Counted from the stretch's first letter, positions 26,576-37,416 are shown. The stretch: 64,000 nt of DNA from Caulobacterales bacterium (GCA_019510435.1 JAEKKJ010000011.1:115252-179251); one strand, 5' to 3'. Program-made: numbers and translations. The notes: a model not told the origin generated them from the letters alone.

Positions 26576-27417
26576 GGGTGGCTGGGTTCCGGCGAGCTGG
26601 GCGGCGGCGGATTGGACGGCGTTCCGGCTGCGGGCGGCGCGTCGAAGTCTGGCAGGTCGGAGACCTCGCCGGTAGCCTGCTGCACCACGAACACGCGGTG
26701 CTGGGTGTAGGCCGACCGGGCGGTCGCATAGGGGTCGGTGGCGTCCTCCAGCGCCCGGAAGGCGCCGTCGGTCTGCACCCGCGTGTCCAGGGCGTTGAGA
26801 CCCGTGCGGGTGGCGCCGAAGGCCGTGCCGATGCCGCCGGTGAAGAGCGACACTGGATCGGTCACGGTGTCCACCACCCGCCCGAGGCCGTCGCGCAGGT
26901 CCAGCGGCCCGATCACCGGCACATAGAGGTAGGGCCCGGCCTGGAAGCCGTAGCGCCCCAGGGTCTGGCCGAAGTCGGCGTCATGGGCGGGGATGCCCGC
27001 GCGGGCGGCGACGTCGAACAGGCCGAGCAGGCCGACGGTGGAGTTCAGGACGAACCGGCCCGCGGCGCGGGTGGCGCGCCGCGGATGGCCCTGGAGCCCG
27101 TCGTTGATCACCGTTCCCGGTTCGCTGAGGTTGTAGACGAAGGCGCTGACCCGGTTGCGCAGCGGCTTGGGCGCGGCCGCCATGTAGCCATGGGCGATGG
27201 GACTCAGCACGGCGTGGTCCAGGCCCATGCTGAAGCCGTAGACGCCGCGATTCGCCCGCTCCAGCGGATCGTAGGGCCGCCCGTTGACCGAGGCTTCGGC
27301 GAGCTGCGTCTGGGCCATGGCGGCCGCGGGCGCACACGCCGCCGCGAGGGCCGCCGCGAGGAGCAGCCCGGCCATCCGCCGCGCGCCTGAATGTTGCGAC
27401 CTCAACTGCGCTCCCAT
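26572..27417 (-). CDS. mlaA: MlaA/VacJ family lipoprotein (alternative start 27375)
   Basis: DPLE..NR, RF.LNSTVGLLGLFDVA, DFGQTLG.YG..AGPYL..P..GP...RDG. Confidence 0.88.
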   Translation of the reverse strand: MGAQLRSQHSGARRMAGLLLAAALAAACAPAAAMAQTQLAEASVNGRPYDPLERANRGVYGFSMGLDHAVLSPIAHGYMAAAPKPLRNRVSAFVYNLSEPGTVINDGLQGHPRRATRAAGRFVLNSTVGLLGLFDVAARAGIPAHDADFGQTLGRYGFQAGPYLYVPVIGPLDLRDGLGRVVDTVTDPVSLFTGGIGTAFGATRTGLNALDTRVQTDGAFRALEDATDPYATARSAYTQHRVFVVQQATGEVSDLPDFDAPPAAGTPSNPPPPSSPEPSHP

Positions 27418-27695
27418 CACCGACTGTCCGCCCGGCGACGCCGCCCGGACCGGCCTCGGGCGAATCCGCTTCGCCGACGCCCCAAGATAGACCGCCGAAG
27501 TAGCTACGAGCGCGGGCTTATCAAGTCGCATTGTGAAGTTTGCCCCGTACAAACGGCAGTCTGCCGGGCGAGATGTTTCACAAATGCCGCAATTCGAAGG
27601 CGGCCCCGGCCAGCGACCGTTCGCAGATGCGCCGTTTACGGCTCCGCGGGCGGGGGCCTATCGTCCCCCTGGTTTCGGGGTTGAGGCAGGATTCC

Positions 27696-29165
27696 ATGCG
27701 TATCTGGAGTTGGGCGGCGGCGCTCGTCGCGGCCGCAGCGGTGGGTGGTTGCGCCACCACCACCAGCCATACCGGCGCGACGTCCGCCGAGGCGAAACCG
27801 AAACCGGCCGCCGCCGCGGAGAAGCCGAAGCCTCTGCCCCCGGGCCTGGACCCGATGGTCCGCGCTGACGCCTTCCCCTCCACCTACCGGCCGATGCCCA
27901 GCCGGCCCACCGCGATCGTCGGCGGCTCGGTGTTCACCGGCACGGGCCAGCTGATCGAGAACGGCGTGGTGCTGGTCAAGGACGGCAAGGTCGAGGCGGT
28001 CGGCGCCGGCCTGGCCGTGCCCGCCGGCTACGAGACCGTCGACGCGCACGGCAAGTGGGTCAGCCCCGGCCTGATCGACGCCCACTCGCACCTTGGGGTC
28101 TACGCCTCCCCCGCCGTGCCGGCCAATTCCGACGGCAACGAGGTCACCGCCCCGGTCACCGCCGAGGTCTGGGCCGAGCACTCCGTCTGGCCGCAGGATC
28201 CCGGCTTCAACACCGCCCGCATCGGCGGCGTGACCACCATCCTGGTGCTGCCCGGCTCGGCCAACCTGATCGGCGGCCGCGGCGTGGTGCTGCGCAACAT
28301 CCCCGCCCGAACCGTGCAGGACATGAAGTTCCCGGGCGCGCCCTATGTGCTGAAGATGGCCTGCGGGGAGAACCCCAAGCGGGTCTACGGCTCCAAGGGA
28401 CGCGCGCCCTCCACCCGCATGGGCAATGTCGCCGGCTACCGCGCCGCCTGGATCAACGCGGCCGACTACCAACGCAAGTGGGACGACTACCGCGCCAAGG
28501 TCGGCAAGGGCGAGAAGGCCGATCCGCCCAAGCGCGACCTTTCGCTGGACACCCTCTCGGCCGTGCTGCGCGGCGAGGTCCTGGTGGAGAACCACTGCTA
28601 CCGCGCCGACGAGATGGCGCAGATGATCGATATCTCCAAGGAGTTCGGCTACCACATCGCCGCCTTCCACCACGCGGTCGAGGCCTACAAGATCGCCGAC
28701 CTCCTGGCCGACAACGGCATCTGCGTGGCCACCTGGGCCAACTGGTGGGGCTTCAAGATGGAGGGGCTGGACGGCATCGAGGCCAACGCCCCGCTGGTGG
28801 CCGCGGCCAAGGGCGGCTGCGCCATCATCAAGTCCGACGATCCCGACCTGATCCAACGCCTGAACCAGGAGGCCGCAGAGGCCCTGGCCGCCGGGCGCGC
28901 CGCGGGCCTTCAAATCACCGAGGCGGAGGCGATCAAGTGGATCACCGCCAATCCGGCCAAGGCCCTGGGCATCGCCGCCCAGACCGGCTCGCTGGAGCCC
29001 GGCAAACGCGCCGACATCGTGATCTGGGACCACGACCCGTTCTCGATCTATGCCCGCAGCGAGCGGGTCTATCTGGATGGCGCCATCGCCTACGACCGGC
29101 GCGATGCGCGCTACCAGCCCCGCTCGGACTTCGAACTGGGCCAGCCCGGCGAAGGAGCCCGCTGA
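27696..29165 (+). CDS. Amidohydrolase family lipoprotein with intact metal site
   Basis: Lipobox VGGC; PGLIDAHSH, KMACGENPK, ENHCYR, FHHAVE, KSDD, GSLEPGK.AD. Confidence 0.85.
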   Translation: MRIWSWAAALVAAAAVGGCATTTSHTGATSAEAKPKPAAAAEKPKPLPPGLDPMVRADAFPSTYRPMPSRPTAIVGGSVFTGTGQLIENGVVLVKDGKVEAVGAGLAVPAGYETVDAHGKWVSPGLIDAHSHLGVYASPAVPANSDGNEVTAPVTAEVWAEHSVWPQDPGFNTARIGGVTTILVLPGSANLIGGRGVVLRNIPARTVQDMKFPGAPYVLKMACGENPKRVYGSKGRAPSTRMGNVAGYRAAWINAADYQRKWDDYRAKVGKGEKADPPKRDLSLDTLSAVLRGEVLVENHCYRADEMAQMIDISKEFGYHIAAFHHAVEAYKIADLLADNGICVATWANWWGFKMEGLDGIEANAPLVAAAKGGCAIIKSDDPDLIQRLNQEAAEALAAGRAAGLQITEAEAIKWITANPAKALGIAAQTGSLEPGKRADIVIWDHDPFSIYARSERVYLDGAIAYDRRDARYQPRSDFELGQPGEGAR

Positions 29166-30514
29166 TGCGTCGCCTGATGCTCGGCGCCTGCGCCCTCGCC
29201 GCCCTGGCCGCCGCCCTGCCCGCCCGCGCCGAGACCGTCGCCATCACCCACGCCCGGGTCCTCACCGCCGGTCCCGCCGGCGAAATCGCCCAGGGGACGC
29301 TGGTCATCCGCGACGGCAAGATCGCCGCCGTCGGGGCGAATGTGCCGGTCCCCGCAGGCGCCCGGGTGATCGATGCGGCCGGCGGCGTGGTCACGCCCGG
29401 CTTCTTCGCCACCAACTCGCTGCTGGGCGCGGTGGAGGTCGGGGCCTTGGGCAACGACCTGACCGTCGACAACCCCGAGCTCGGCGCGGCCTTCGACGTG
29501 CAGTACGGCCTGAACCCGGAGTCGGCCCTGCTGCCCGTGGCCCGGCTTGGCGGGCTGACCAGCGCGGTCGTCATGCCGCGCTCGGCCGCGGACCGCGGCG
29601 GCGACGCCGACGAGGGCGACGAGGAAACCGCCGGTCCAGGCCATGACGGCTCACGCAGCCACGCCCTCTTCGCAGGCCAGGCCGCGGTGATCGACCTGGC
29701 GGCCAGCCCGGACATCCTGACCCGCGCCAAGGTCGGCATGGTGGCGCCGTTCGGCAAGGCCGGCGCGGGCGTGGCCGGCGGGGCGCGCGGGGCCGAGATC
29801 GTGGCCTTCAAGGCCGCCCTGCAGGACGTGCGCGACTACCTGCGCAACAAGGCGGCGTACGAGCGCGCCGCCTATCGCGACCTGCCGCTCTCCAAGGCCG
29901 ACCTGGAGGCCCTGATCCCCGTGGTGGAGGGCCGGATGCCGGTGATCGCCACCGTCCACCGGGCTTCGGATATCCGCACGGTCCTGAAGCTGGCGCGCGA
30001 CGAGCACATCAAGCTGATCCTCTCGGGCGCCGAGGAGGGCTGGCTGGTGGCCGCAGACATCGCCAAGGCCGGCGTTCCGGTGCTGCTCAACCCCCTCGAC
30101 GATCGGCCCGAGAGCTATGAGATGCTGGCCGCCACCATGGAGAACGCCGGCCGCCTGCAGGCCGCGGGTGTCACGGTGGCCCTGGAGGCGTCGGAGGGCA
30201 GCTCCCACCGCGCCCGCGAGACCCGCTATGGCGCCGGCAATGCGGTGGCGCACGGCATGCCCTATGCGGCGGCCCTGGCGGCGATCACCATAAACCCGGC
30301 CCGGATCTTCGGTGTCGCCGACCGCACCGGCTCGCTGGAGGCGGGCAAGGACGCTGACGTGGTGGTCTGGACCGGCGATCCCTTCGAGCCGCTGAGCCAG
30401 GCGAGCGCCGTCTTCATCCACGGCCAGGCCCAGCCGATGACGTCGCGCCAGATCGAGCTGCGCGACCGCTACCGGGACCTCGGCCGGCCCCTGCCGCCAG
30501 GCTACACCCACTGA
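29165..30514 (+). CDS. Amidohydrolase-fold protein lacking the HxH metal motif
   Basis: Signal peptide; VTPGFFATNS where the neighbour has PGLIDAHSH; GSLEAGKDADVVVW.GDP; ATG overlaps upstream TGA. Confidence 0.8.
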   Translation: MRRLMLGACALAALAAALPARAETVAITHARVLTAGPAGEIAQGTLVIRDGKIAAVGANVPVPAGARVIDAAGGVVTPGFFATNSLLGAVEVGALGNDLTVDNPELGAAFDVQYGLNPESALLPVARLGGLTSAVVMPRSAADRGGDADEGDEETAGPGHDGSRSHALFAGQAAVIDLAASPDILTRAKVGMVAPFGKAGAGVAGGARGAEIVAFKAALQDVRDYLRNKAAYERAAYRDLPLSKADLEALIPVVEGRMPVIATVHRASDIRTVLKLARDEHIKLILSGAEEGWLVAADIAKAGVPVLLNPLDDRPESYEMLAATMENAGRLQAAGVTVALEASEGSSHRARETRYGAGNAVAHGMPYAAALAAITINPARIFGVADRTGSLEAGKDADVVVWTGDPFEPLSQASAVFIHGQAQPMTSRQIELRDRYRDLGRPLPPGYTH

Positions 30515-30561
30515 GCGGGCTCGCGGCCGGCAGCGGCGGCGCGCGACGGCTCGCCAACAGC

Positions 30562-31296
30562 GTGCTGACCTGCGCCCTGGCCTACAACCTGGTGTTCTTC
30601 ATCCAGGAGCTGGGCCTGGTGCTGGCCAAGGCGGCGACGCCCGGCCTGCACCCGGTGCTGTTCCACAACAACCACCACTGGACCGGCGACCACCCGCTGG
30701 TCCCGCTGCTGCAGGGCGCCGGCGCCGTGGCGACGATCGCAGTTGGGGCGGCCTGCATGCTGTGGACCGCGCGCCGCCCGCCGGCCTCGGAGGGCTGGCG
30801 GCTGTTCGCGCTGTGGATGGCCGTGATGGGCTTTGCCGAGGCCCTGCCGCAGGTGGTGATCGGGACCTTCATCCCGCAGAACGACGTGGGCATGGCGATG
30901 GGCTTCCTCGGCCTGACGCCGCCGTTCAAGGCCGCCGCCAGCGTGGTGGTGCTCGGCGCCCTCTTCCGGGTTGGCCGCTGGGCCGCGCCGCAGTTCCTGG
31001 CGCTCGGACCATTCCGATCCCCGCTGAGCGCCCTACTGGCCCGGGCGGCGATCCCGCTGGCCCTGCTGGTCCCGCTGGCCGTCCCGTTCCGCGTCCCGGG
31101 CGCGCCGATCGAGGTCCTGTTCCCGCCGACAGTGGACGCCGTGGCCGCGAGCCTCGCGATCCTCCCCTGGAGCCGGGGCAGCGCAGCGCCTGTCACGCCG
31201 GCGAAACCGACAGCCATCTGGAAGCTGGCCCTCGCGCTCGCGGCCCTGTTGGCGGTGTTCCAGCTCGTCCTGCGGCCGGGCATCGCCTTCGGCTAG
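30562..31296 (+). CDS. Hypothetical polytopic membrane protein (start uncertain)
   Basis: Six to seven hydrophobic segments; GC3-biased codons; directly follows the amidohydrolase pair. Confidence 0.65.
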   Translation: MLTCALAYNLVFFIQELGLVLAKAATPGLHPVLFHNNHHWTGDHPLVPLLQGAGAVATIAVGAACMLWTARRPPASEGWRLFALWMAVMGFAEALPQVVIGTFIPQNDVGMAMGFLGLTPPFKAAASVVVLGALFRVGRWAAPQFLALGPFRSPLSALLARAAIPLALLVPLAVPFRVPGAPIEVLFPPTVDAVAASLAILPWSRGSAAPVTPAKPTAIWKLALALAALLAVFQLVLRPGIAFG

Positions 31297-31321
31297 AGAC
31301 CGCGCCGCTTAGGGACGCTGC

Positions 31322-32434
<1,113 letters not shown>

Positions 32435-32489
32435 GAAGCTCCCCTCCGAACCCGGTCGCGGCTGGTCTTAGCACGCCAGGGTGGCGTCG

Positions 32490-33368
32490 CTAGTAGGGGC
32501 GCTGCGTCGGAAGCGGCGCGTTGGGGTCCGGCGGCGGCGGTGGGCGATAGGCGGGCGCCGGAGGGCTCGCCTGGGCGGCAGGCGGCGGCGCGGCGGCCGC
32601 GGGCGGCGGCAGGGCCAGCAGCGGCGCGTTGATCGCCTCTTCCGTCGCGGTCGCGGCGTCGGACGGCAAGTGGCGCGGCGCAGCAGGCGCCCTGGGGCTG
32701 GCGGCGCGCACCGCCTCGCGCGCGGCCGGCGGCGGGGCGAGGCTGGCGGCGGCCTGGCGAATGGGCGCGGCGACAGGCGGCGGCGTCACCGCCGGCGCAG
32801 GCGCAGCGGCGGCGATCGGCGCGGCGGCCACCGAAGGCGGCGCCGTGGGCGACGGCGGCGCAGGCGGTGTCTGGGCGCCGGGCCGGGTGAGCAGGAAGGC
32901 CAGGCCGGCGAGGCCGCCCACGCCCACGACGGTCGCGGCCAGGGCCGGCAGGCGCACTCGCGCGGGGGCCCGGACCTTGGCGCGTTCCGGCTGCAGCGGA
33001 CTGACGACCAGCGCTTCGAGCTCCACCGGCTGCGGCTCAGGCGCGACGGTCATCGGCGCCGCCGGCGGCGGAGCGGGCGGTGGATCAAGCGGCGGCGGCG
33101 GCTCGACGGCGCGCGGCGGCTCAGGCGCCGGCGCCGGTTCGGGCGGCCGCACGGGCGCAGCGGCGGCGGGCCCGGGCGCGACGAAGAACGGGCGCACCGG
33201 TTCGGCCGGCCGCACGAAGAGCGGCGTCACCGTCTGCATGGATTCATCCGCCACCGGCGGCGGGGGCGAGTCGGGCGGCGCCTTGGGCAGGGCGCCAATG
33301 CGGAACGGCGCCTGCGGCGGGCGCGGCCAGCCGGTCTGTCGTGCGAAGGGATTGTCGTCCGAGGCCAT
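32490..33368 (-). CDS. Hypothetical Pro/Ala-rich protein with one predicted TM helix
   Basis: ATG 33368 (MASDDNPF); TM LAATVVGVGGLAGLAFLL; low-complexity Pro runs on both sides. Confidence 0.6.
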   Translation of the reverse strand: MASDDNPFARQTGWPRPPQAPFRIGALPKAPPDSPPPPVADESMQTVTPLFVRPAEPVRPFFVAPGPAAAAPVRPPEPAPAPEPPRAVEPPPPLDPPPAPPPAAPMTVAPEPQPVELEALVVSPLQPERAKVRAPARVRLPALAATVVGVGGLAGLAFLLTRPGAQTPPAPPSPTAPPSVAAAPIAAAAPAPAVTPPPVAAPIRQAAASLAPPPAAREAVRAASPRAPAAPRHLPSDAATATEEAINAPLLALPPPAAAAPPPAAQASPPAPAYRPPPPPDPNAPLPTQRPY

Positions 33369-33399
33369 CACGGCAACCTTCCGGGCGAGTTGGACAGCA

Positions 33400-33906
33400 C
33401 TATGACGCCCAGGTGTTGCGGCGCGCCAGGACGATGGCGAGATCATAGGGGATGGCGGCGCACTCGCGCAGGCCCATGCCCACCTGGTGGCCCAGACTCG
33501 GCCCGAAGCGTCCTCGAGGCGTCGGCGCCCCCGCGGACGGGACGCCCAAGGCCGCCAGCATCAGCCGGATGCGCGGCAGGTGATAGCCGTCGCTCACCGC
33601 CAACACCGGCGCGCCGAGCTGGCGGGCCAGGCGGCTGGCCGCCACCACGCTCTGCAGGGTGTCCAGGCTCTCCTCGTCCAGGGTCAGGCGCTCCGGCGAA
33701 AGGCCGTTTCGGGCCAGGTGCTCGGCCATGATCGAAGCCTCCGATGGGCCGTGCCGCCCCACCCCGCCGCTCAGCAGCAGCGGCGCCTGCGGGTGGGCCT
33801 GGGCCGCGCGCCAGCCGTAGCCGATCCGCCGCAACAGGGCCGCCGAGGGCTCTCCGCCCGGACGCACGGCGGCGCCGAAGATGGTGATGAGGGGCGGCGT
33901 CGACAC
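33400..33906 (-). CDS. YdcF / DUF218 family protein
   Basis: C-terminal part of track ORF 33400..34479; IFGAAV, LLSGG, SEA..M, DEESLDT.Q, VSDGYHLPR, RE; GTG start inferred. Confidence 0.78.
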   Translation of the reverse strand: MSTPPLITIFGAAVRPGGEPSAALLRRIGYGWRAAQAHPQAPLLLSGGVGRHGPSEASIMAEHLARNGLSPERLTLDEESLDTLQSVVAASRLARQLGAPVLAVSDGYHLPRIRLMLAALGVPSAGAPTPRGRFGPSLGHQVGMGLRECAAIPYDLAIVLARRNTWAS

Positions 33907-33929
33907 CGCCGGAGCATGGGCCGCCGCCG

Positions 33930-34241
33930 CTAGCCGTTCAACGGCGGGTGATAGTTCTCGATCAGGTCGCGCTGCTCGGCCTCGCGCACGGCGCGGGTGA
34001 CGTTCAGCCGGGTCAGCACGGTGGCGGCGCTGTACTTGCGCTTGGCCTTGTCGAGGTCGGCGCGCCAGGCCTGGCTGGCCAGGTTGTCGGTCTCGCCGAC
34101 GTAGACCACCGTGGCCCCGTCCTCCGTCACCTCGGCGATCACATAGTTGGCGCCCGCCGGCGGCAGGAAGCGGTTCTCGTCGATCGGGGTGTAGCGGTAC
34201 CGGGCCCCCGAGGCTCCGGCGAGGTCGATCTGGCGGGTCAC
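33930..34241 (-). CDS. Small hypothetical protein with a degenerate GIY-YIG-like pattern
   Basis: GTG 34241 with GGAGA RBS; 103 aa; GANY, YVGETDNL, AEQRDLIENYHPPLN. Confidence 0.7.
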   Translation of the reverse strand: MTRQIDLAGASGARYRYTPIDENRFLPPAGANYVIAEVTEDGATVVYVGETDNLASQAWRADLDKAKRKYSAATVLTRLNVTRAVREAEQRDLIENYHPPLNG

Positions 34242-34496
34242 GCTGTTCTCCAACTCCACGCACGCTTCTCCGGTCCGAAAGGGACCAAGTGTGATCCATA
34301 CCCGGCGCACTTGGACCAAATCTGGGCCGAGCTTGGCCGTGGCGGGCTCGCGGGGCGCGGCGGGCTTGCGGAACAACCTTCGCCATACGAACGTTCGGCC
34401 GGGCGGAGCCGCGCGTGAGGCGCTTCGCTGGAGAGGGAGCTAAGGGCCCGGGAACGAGCGCTGGACACGCGCGCCGCACCCCGGGACAAGGCCTGC

Positions 34497-35624
34497 ATGG
34501 ACAAGCCCGCCGAGTTCGAGTTGCAGGCCGCGACGGATCGCCCCACGGCGGCCCTGCGCGGCGACTGGACGACGGCCCAGATGGGCGCGGCGGGCGCGGC
34601 CCTCGGCAAGGCGCTCCACGGACGGGCGGACGTCACGCTGGACCTTTCCGACGTGCGGCGCATGGACACCGCCGGCGCCTTCGCCGTGATCCGCGCGGTC
34701 GGGCCGCAGTTCGACCTCGAGCGCGTGGTCGCCCGCCCCGAGTCCAAGCGCCTGCTGGAGCTGGTGGACCACGCCGTGCGGGTGAAGCCCGTGCTGCGCC
34801 GCCAGCCGCAGGGGTTCCACGAGCTGACCATCCGCATCGGCCGCGGCGTGGTCGGCTTCGGGGGCGAGTTCCTCGACACCATGGCCTTCCTGGGCCACCT
34901 GCTGGTGGTCTCGTTCCGCACGGCGCTGAACCTGGTCGTGGCGCCGCGCCGCATCCGCTGGGCGCCGATCTTCCAGCAGATGGAGCGGGCGGGCCTGGAT
35001 GCGATCCCGATCGTGGCGGTGACCACCTTCTTCATCGGCGCGGTCGTGGCGCTCTTGGGCGTCAACATGCTGCGCCAGTTCGGGGCCGAGGTGTTCGTGG
35101 TCGAGCTGATCGGCGTGGCGGTGCTGCGCGAGTTCAACATCGTCATCACCGCGGTGCTGCTCTCGGGCCGCTCGGCCTCGGCCTTCGCCGCCGAGCTGGG
35201 CTCGATGAAGATGAACCAGGAGATCGACGCCATGCAGGTGATGGGCGTCGACCCGTTCGAGGCCCTGGTCCTGCCGCGCTTCGCGGCCCTGCTGATCACC
35301 ATCCCGCTGCTGACCTTCGTGGCCACCCTGGCGGGCCTCGCCGGCGGCCTGATGGTCACCTGGACCCAGCTGGGCCTGGGGCCGACGTTCTTCCTGCAGC
35401 GGATCGTCGACAACGTGGGCGAGACCCACTTCTACATCGCCCTCTCCAAGGCCCCGGTGATGGCCGCGGTGATCGCCGGGATCGGCTGCCGGCAGGGCCT
35501 GCTGGTGGGCGGCGATGTCGAGAGCCTGGGCCGGCGGGTCACCGCCGCCGTGGTGCATGCGATCTTCTCGATCATCATGCTCGATGCCGTCTTCGCCCTC
35601 ATCTACATGCAGCTCGACATATGA
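34497..35624 (+). CDS. MlaE-family ABC permease with N-terminal STAS-like domain
   Basis: LDLSDV.RMDTAGA; LREF..VITAVLLSGRSASAFAAELGSMK.NQEIDAM. Confidence 0.88.
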   Translation: MDKPAEFELQAATDRPTAALRGDWTTAQMGAAGAALGKALHGRADVTLDLSDVRRMDTAGAFAVIRAVGPQFDLERVVARPESKRLLELVDHAVRVKPVLRRQPQGFHELTIRIGRGVVGFGGEFLDTMAFLGHLLVVSFRTALNLVVAPRRIRWAPIFQQMERAGLDAIPIVAVTTFFIGAVVALLGVNMLRQFGAEVFVVELIGVAVLREFNIVITAVLLSGRSASAFAAELGSMKMNQEIDAMQVMGVDPFEALVLPRFAALLITIPLLTFVATLAGLAGGLMVTWTQLGLGPTFFLQRIVDNVGETHFYIALSKAPVMAAVIAGIGCRQGLLVGGDVESLGRRVTAAVVHAIFSIIMLDAVFALIYMQLDI

Positions 35625-36451
35625 CCGAGCGCCAGAACGAAGCCCGCATGAGCGACGAGGAGTTGCTCGACCAGGAGGGGCCCGCCATCGAGGTGCGGGG
35701 CCTTTCGACGGCCTTCGGCGACCACGTGGTCCACCAGGACCTGGACCTCGTCGTGAAGCGGGGCGAGGTCCTGGGCGTGGTGGGCGGCTCCGGGACCGGC
35801 AAGTCGGTGCTGCTCAACACCATCATCGGGCTGCGCACCCCCGATGCGGGCACGGTGAAGGTCTTCGGCCAGGAGCTGCAGCGCGCCTCGCGCCGGCGCT
35901 GGAGCGCGCTGGAGCGGTCCTGGGGCGTGCTCTTCCAGTCGGGCGCCCTGTTCTCCAACCTGACGGTGCGCGAGAACGTCACCGCGCCCATGTTCGAGCA
36001 CACCCGGCTTTCGCGGAAAGAGGCCAACGAACTGGCCGACCTGAAGATCGCCATGGTGGGCCTGCGCCCGGAGGCCGGCTCGCTGAAGCCGGCGGAGCTG
36101 TCCGGCGGCATGCGCAAGCGGGCGGGCCTGGCGCGCGCCCTGGCGCTGGACCCCGAACTCCTGTTCCTGGACGAGCCCACCTCGGGCCTCGATCCCATCG
36201 GCGCGGCGGCCTTTGACGAGCTGATCCGCGACCTGGCCGACAGCCTGGACCTGACCGTGTTCATGATCACCCACGACCTGGATTCGCTCTACGAGATCAC
36301 CGACCGCGTCGCCGTGTTGGCCGACCGCAAGGTGGTCGCCTGCGCGCCGGTGAGCGAGCTCGAGAAATCGGACCACCCCTGGATCCGCGAATATTTCCTG
36401 GGCCCCCGCGGACGCGCCGCGCGCGCCGCGAGAACCGGGACGGAGGGCTGA
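35621..36451 (+). CDS. ABC transporter ATP-binding protein (MlaF-like)
   Basis: C-terminal part of track ORF 34415..36451; GGSGTGKS, LSGGMRKR, LDEPTSGLDP, ITHDL. Confidence 0.88.
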   Translation: MTERQNEARMSDEELLDQEGPAIEVRGLSTAFGDHVVHQDLDLVVKRGEVLGVVGGSGTGKSVLLNTIIGLRTPDAGTVKVFGQELQRASRRRWSALERSWGVLFQSGALFSNLTVRENVTAPMFEHTRLSRKEANELADLKIAMVGLRPEAGSLKPAELSGGMRKRAGLARALALDPELLFLDEPTSGLDPIGAAAFDELIRDLADSLDLTVFMITHDLDSLYEITDRVAVLADRKVVACAPVSELEKSDHPWIREYFLGPRGRAARAARTGTEG

Positions 36452-37416
36452 TGGAAAAGAACGCCAACTATGCGCTGGTGGGCCTCTCCACCCTGATCCT
36501 GACGGTGGCCCTCGTGGTGTTCGTCGTCTGGCTGGCGCGCCTTAGGATCAACGCCGAGTACGACCTCTACGACATCGTCTTCGCCGGCCCGGTGCGCGGG
36601 CTGAACGAGGGCGGCGAGGTCCACTTCAACGGCATCAAGGTGGGCGAGGTCACCAAGATCGCCCTGGACCGCTCCAACCCCAACAACGTCATCGCCCGCG
36701 TGCGCACGACCCAGGACGTGCCGATCCGCGTCGACAGCTACGCCACCCTGGAACCGCAGGGCATCACCGGCCTGAACTACGTGCAGATCACCGCCGGCAC
36801 CGCCACCAAGCCGCTGCTGAAGGAGGCCGACCAGGCCCGCTGCGACAAGCTGGGCCTCGGGCGCAAATGCATCCCGATCATCCATAGCCAGCGCAGCGCC
36901 CTCTCCGACCTGCTGGCCGGCGGCGGCACGGTGCTGACCCGCACCATCGAGGCGCTGGACCGGGTGAACCGGGTGCTCTCCGACCAGAACATCAAGACGT
37001 TCTCGGCCGCGCTCTCCGACACCCAGGCCGTCACCGCCGAGCTGCGCGAGCGCAAGTCGATCATCGCCGACACCCAGAGCGCCATCCAGCGCATCGACGC
37101 TGCCGCCGCCCAGATCGCCACCCTCAGCCAGTCTGCCAACGACCTCGTCAACGGCGACGGCAAGCGGGCCGTGAAGAACCTGGCCGACGCCACCGAGGAG
37201 GCCAAGAAGGCCGCCCAGGACGCCCGGGCCATGATCGCGCGCCTGCAGGGGCCCACCAGCGACTTCGCCACCAACGGCCTGCCGCAGGCGACCGCCGCCC
37301 TGATCCAGCTACAGTCGGCGGCCGAGTCGCTGGAGCGCCTGGTCAACGAGATCGAATCCAGCCCCACCAGCACGCTCGGCAAGGGCGCGGCCCAAGAGGT
37401 GAAGGTGCCCCAATGA
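36451..37416 (+). CDS. MCE/MlaD-family protein with long helical C-terminal region
   Basis: MEKNANY.LVG, V.GL..G.EV.FNGI.VG.V, LEPQGITG..YVQIT.G. Confidence 0.87.
   Translation: MEKNANYALVGLSTLILTVALVVFVVWLARLRINAEYDLYDIVFAGPVRGLNEGGEVHFNGIKVGEVTKIALDRSNPNNVIARVRTTQDVPIRVDSYATLEPQGITGLNYVQITAGTATKPLLKEADQARCDKLGLGRKCIPIIHSQRSALSDLLAGGGTVLTRTIEALDRVNRVLSDQNIKTFSAALSDTQAVTAELRERKSIIADTQSAIQRIDAAAAQIATLSQSANDLVNGDGKRAVKNLADATEEAKKAAQDARAMIARLQGPTSDFATNGLPQATAALIQLQSAAESLERLVNEIESSPTSTLGKGAAQEVKVPQ

Noticed and set aside
27529-27585. Inverted heptamers TTGTGAA / TTCACAA between mlaA and the amidohydrolase pair
   Set aside because: Short arms with a spacer of roughly 40 nt and no second occurrence noticed; cannot be distinguished from chance.
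32490-33446. GCC/GGC-rich runs as tandem repeats or a CRISPR array
   Set aside because: They are Pro/Ala codons with no constant repeat-spacer period; no cas genes or array seen anywhere in the window.
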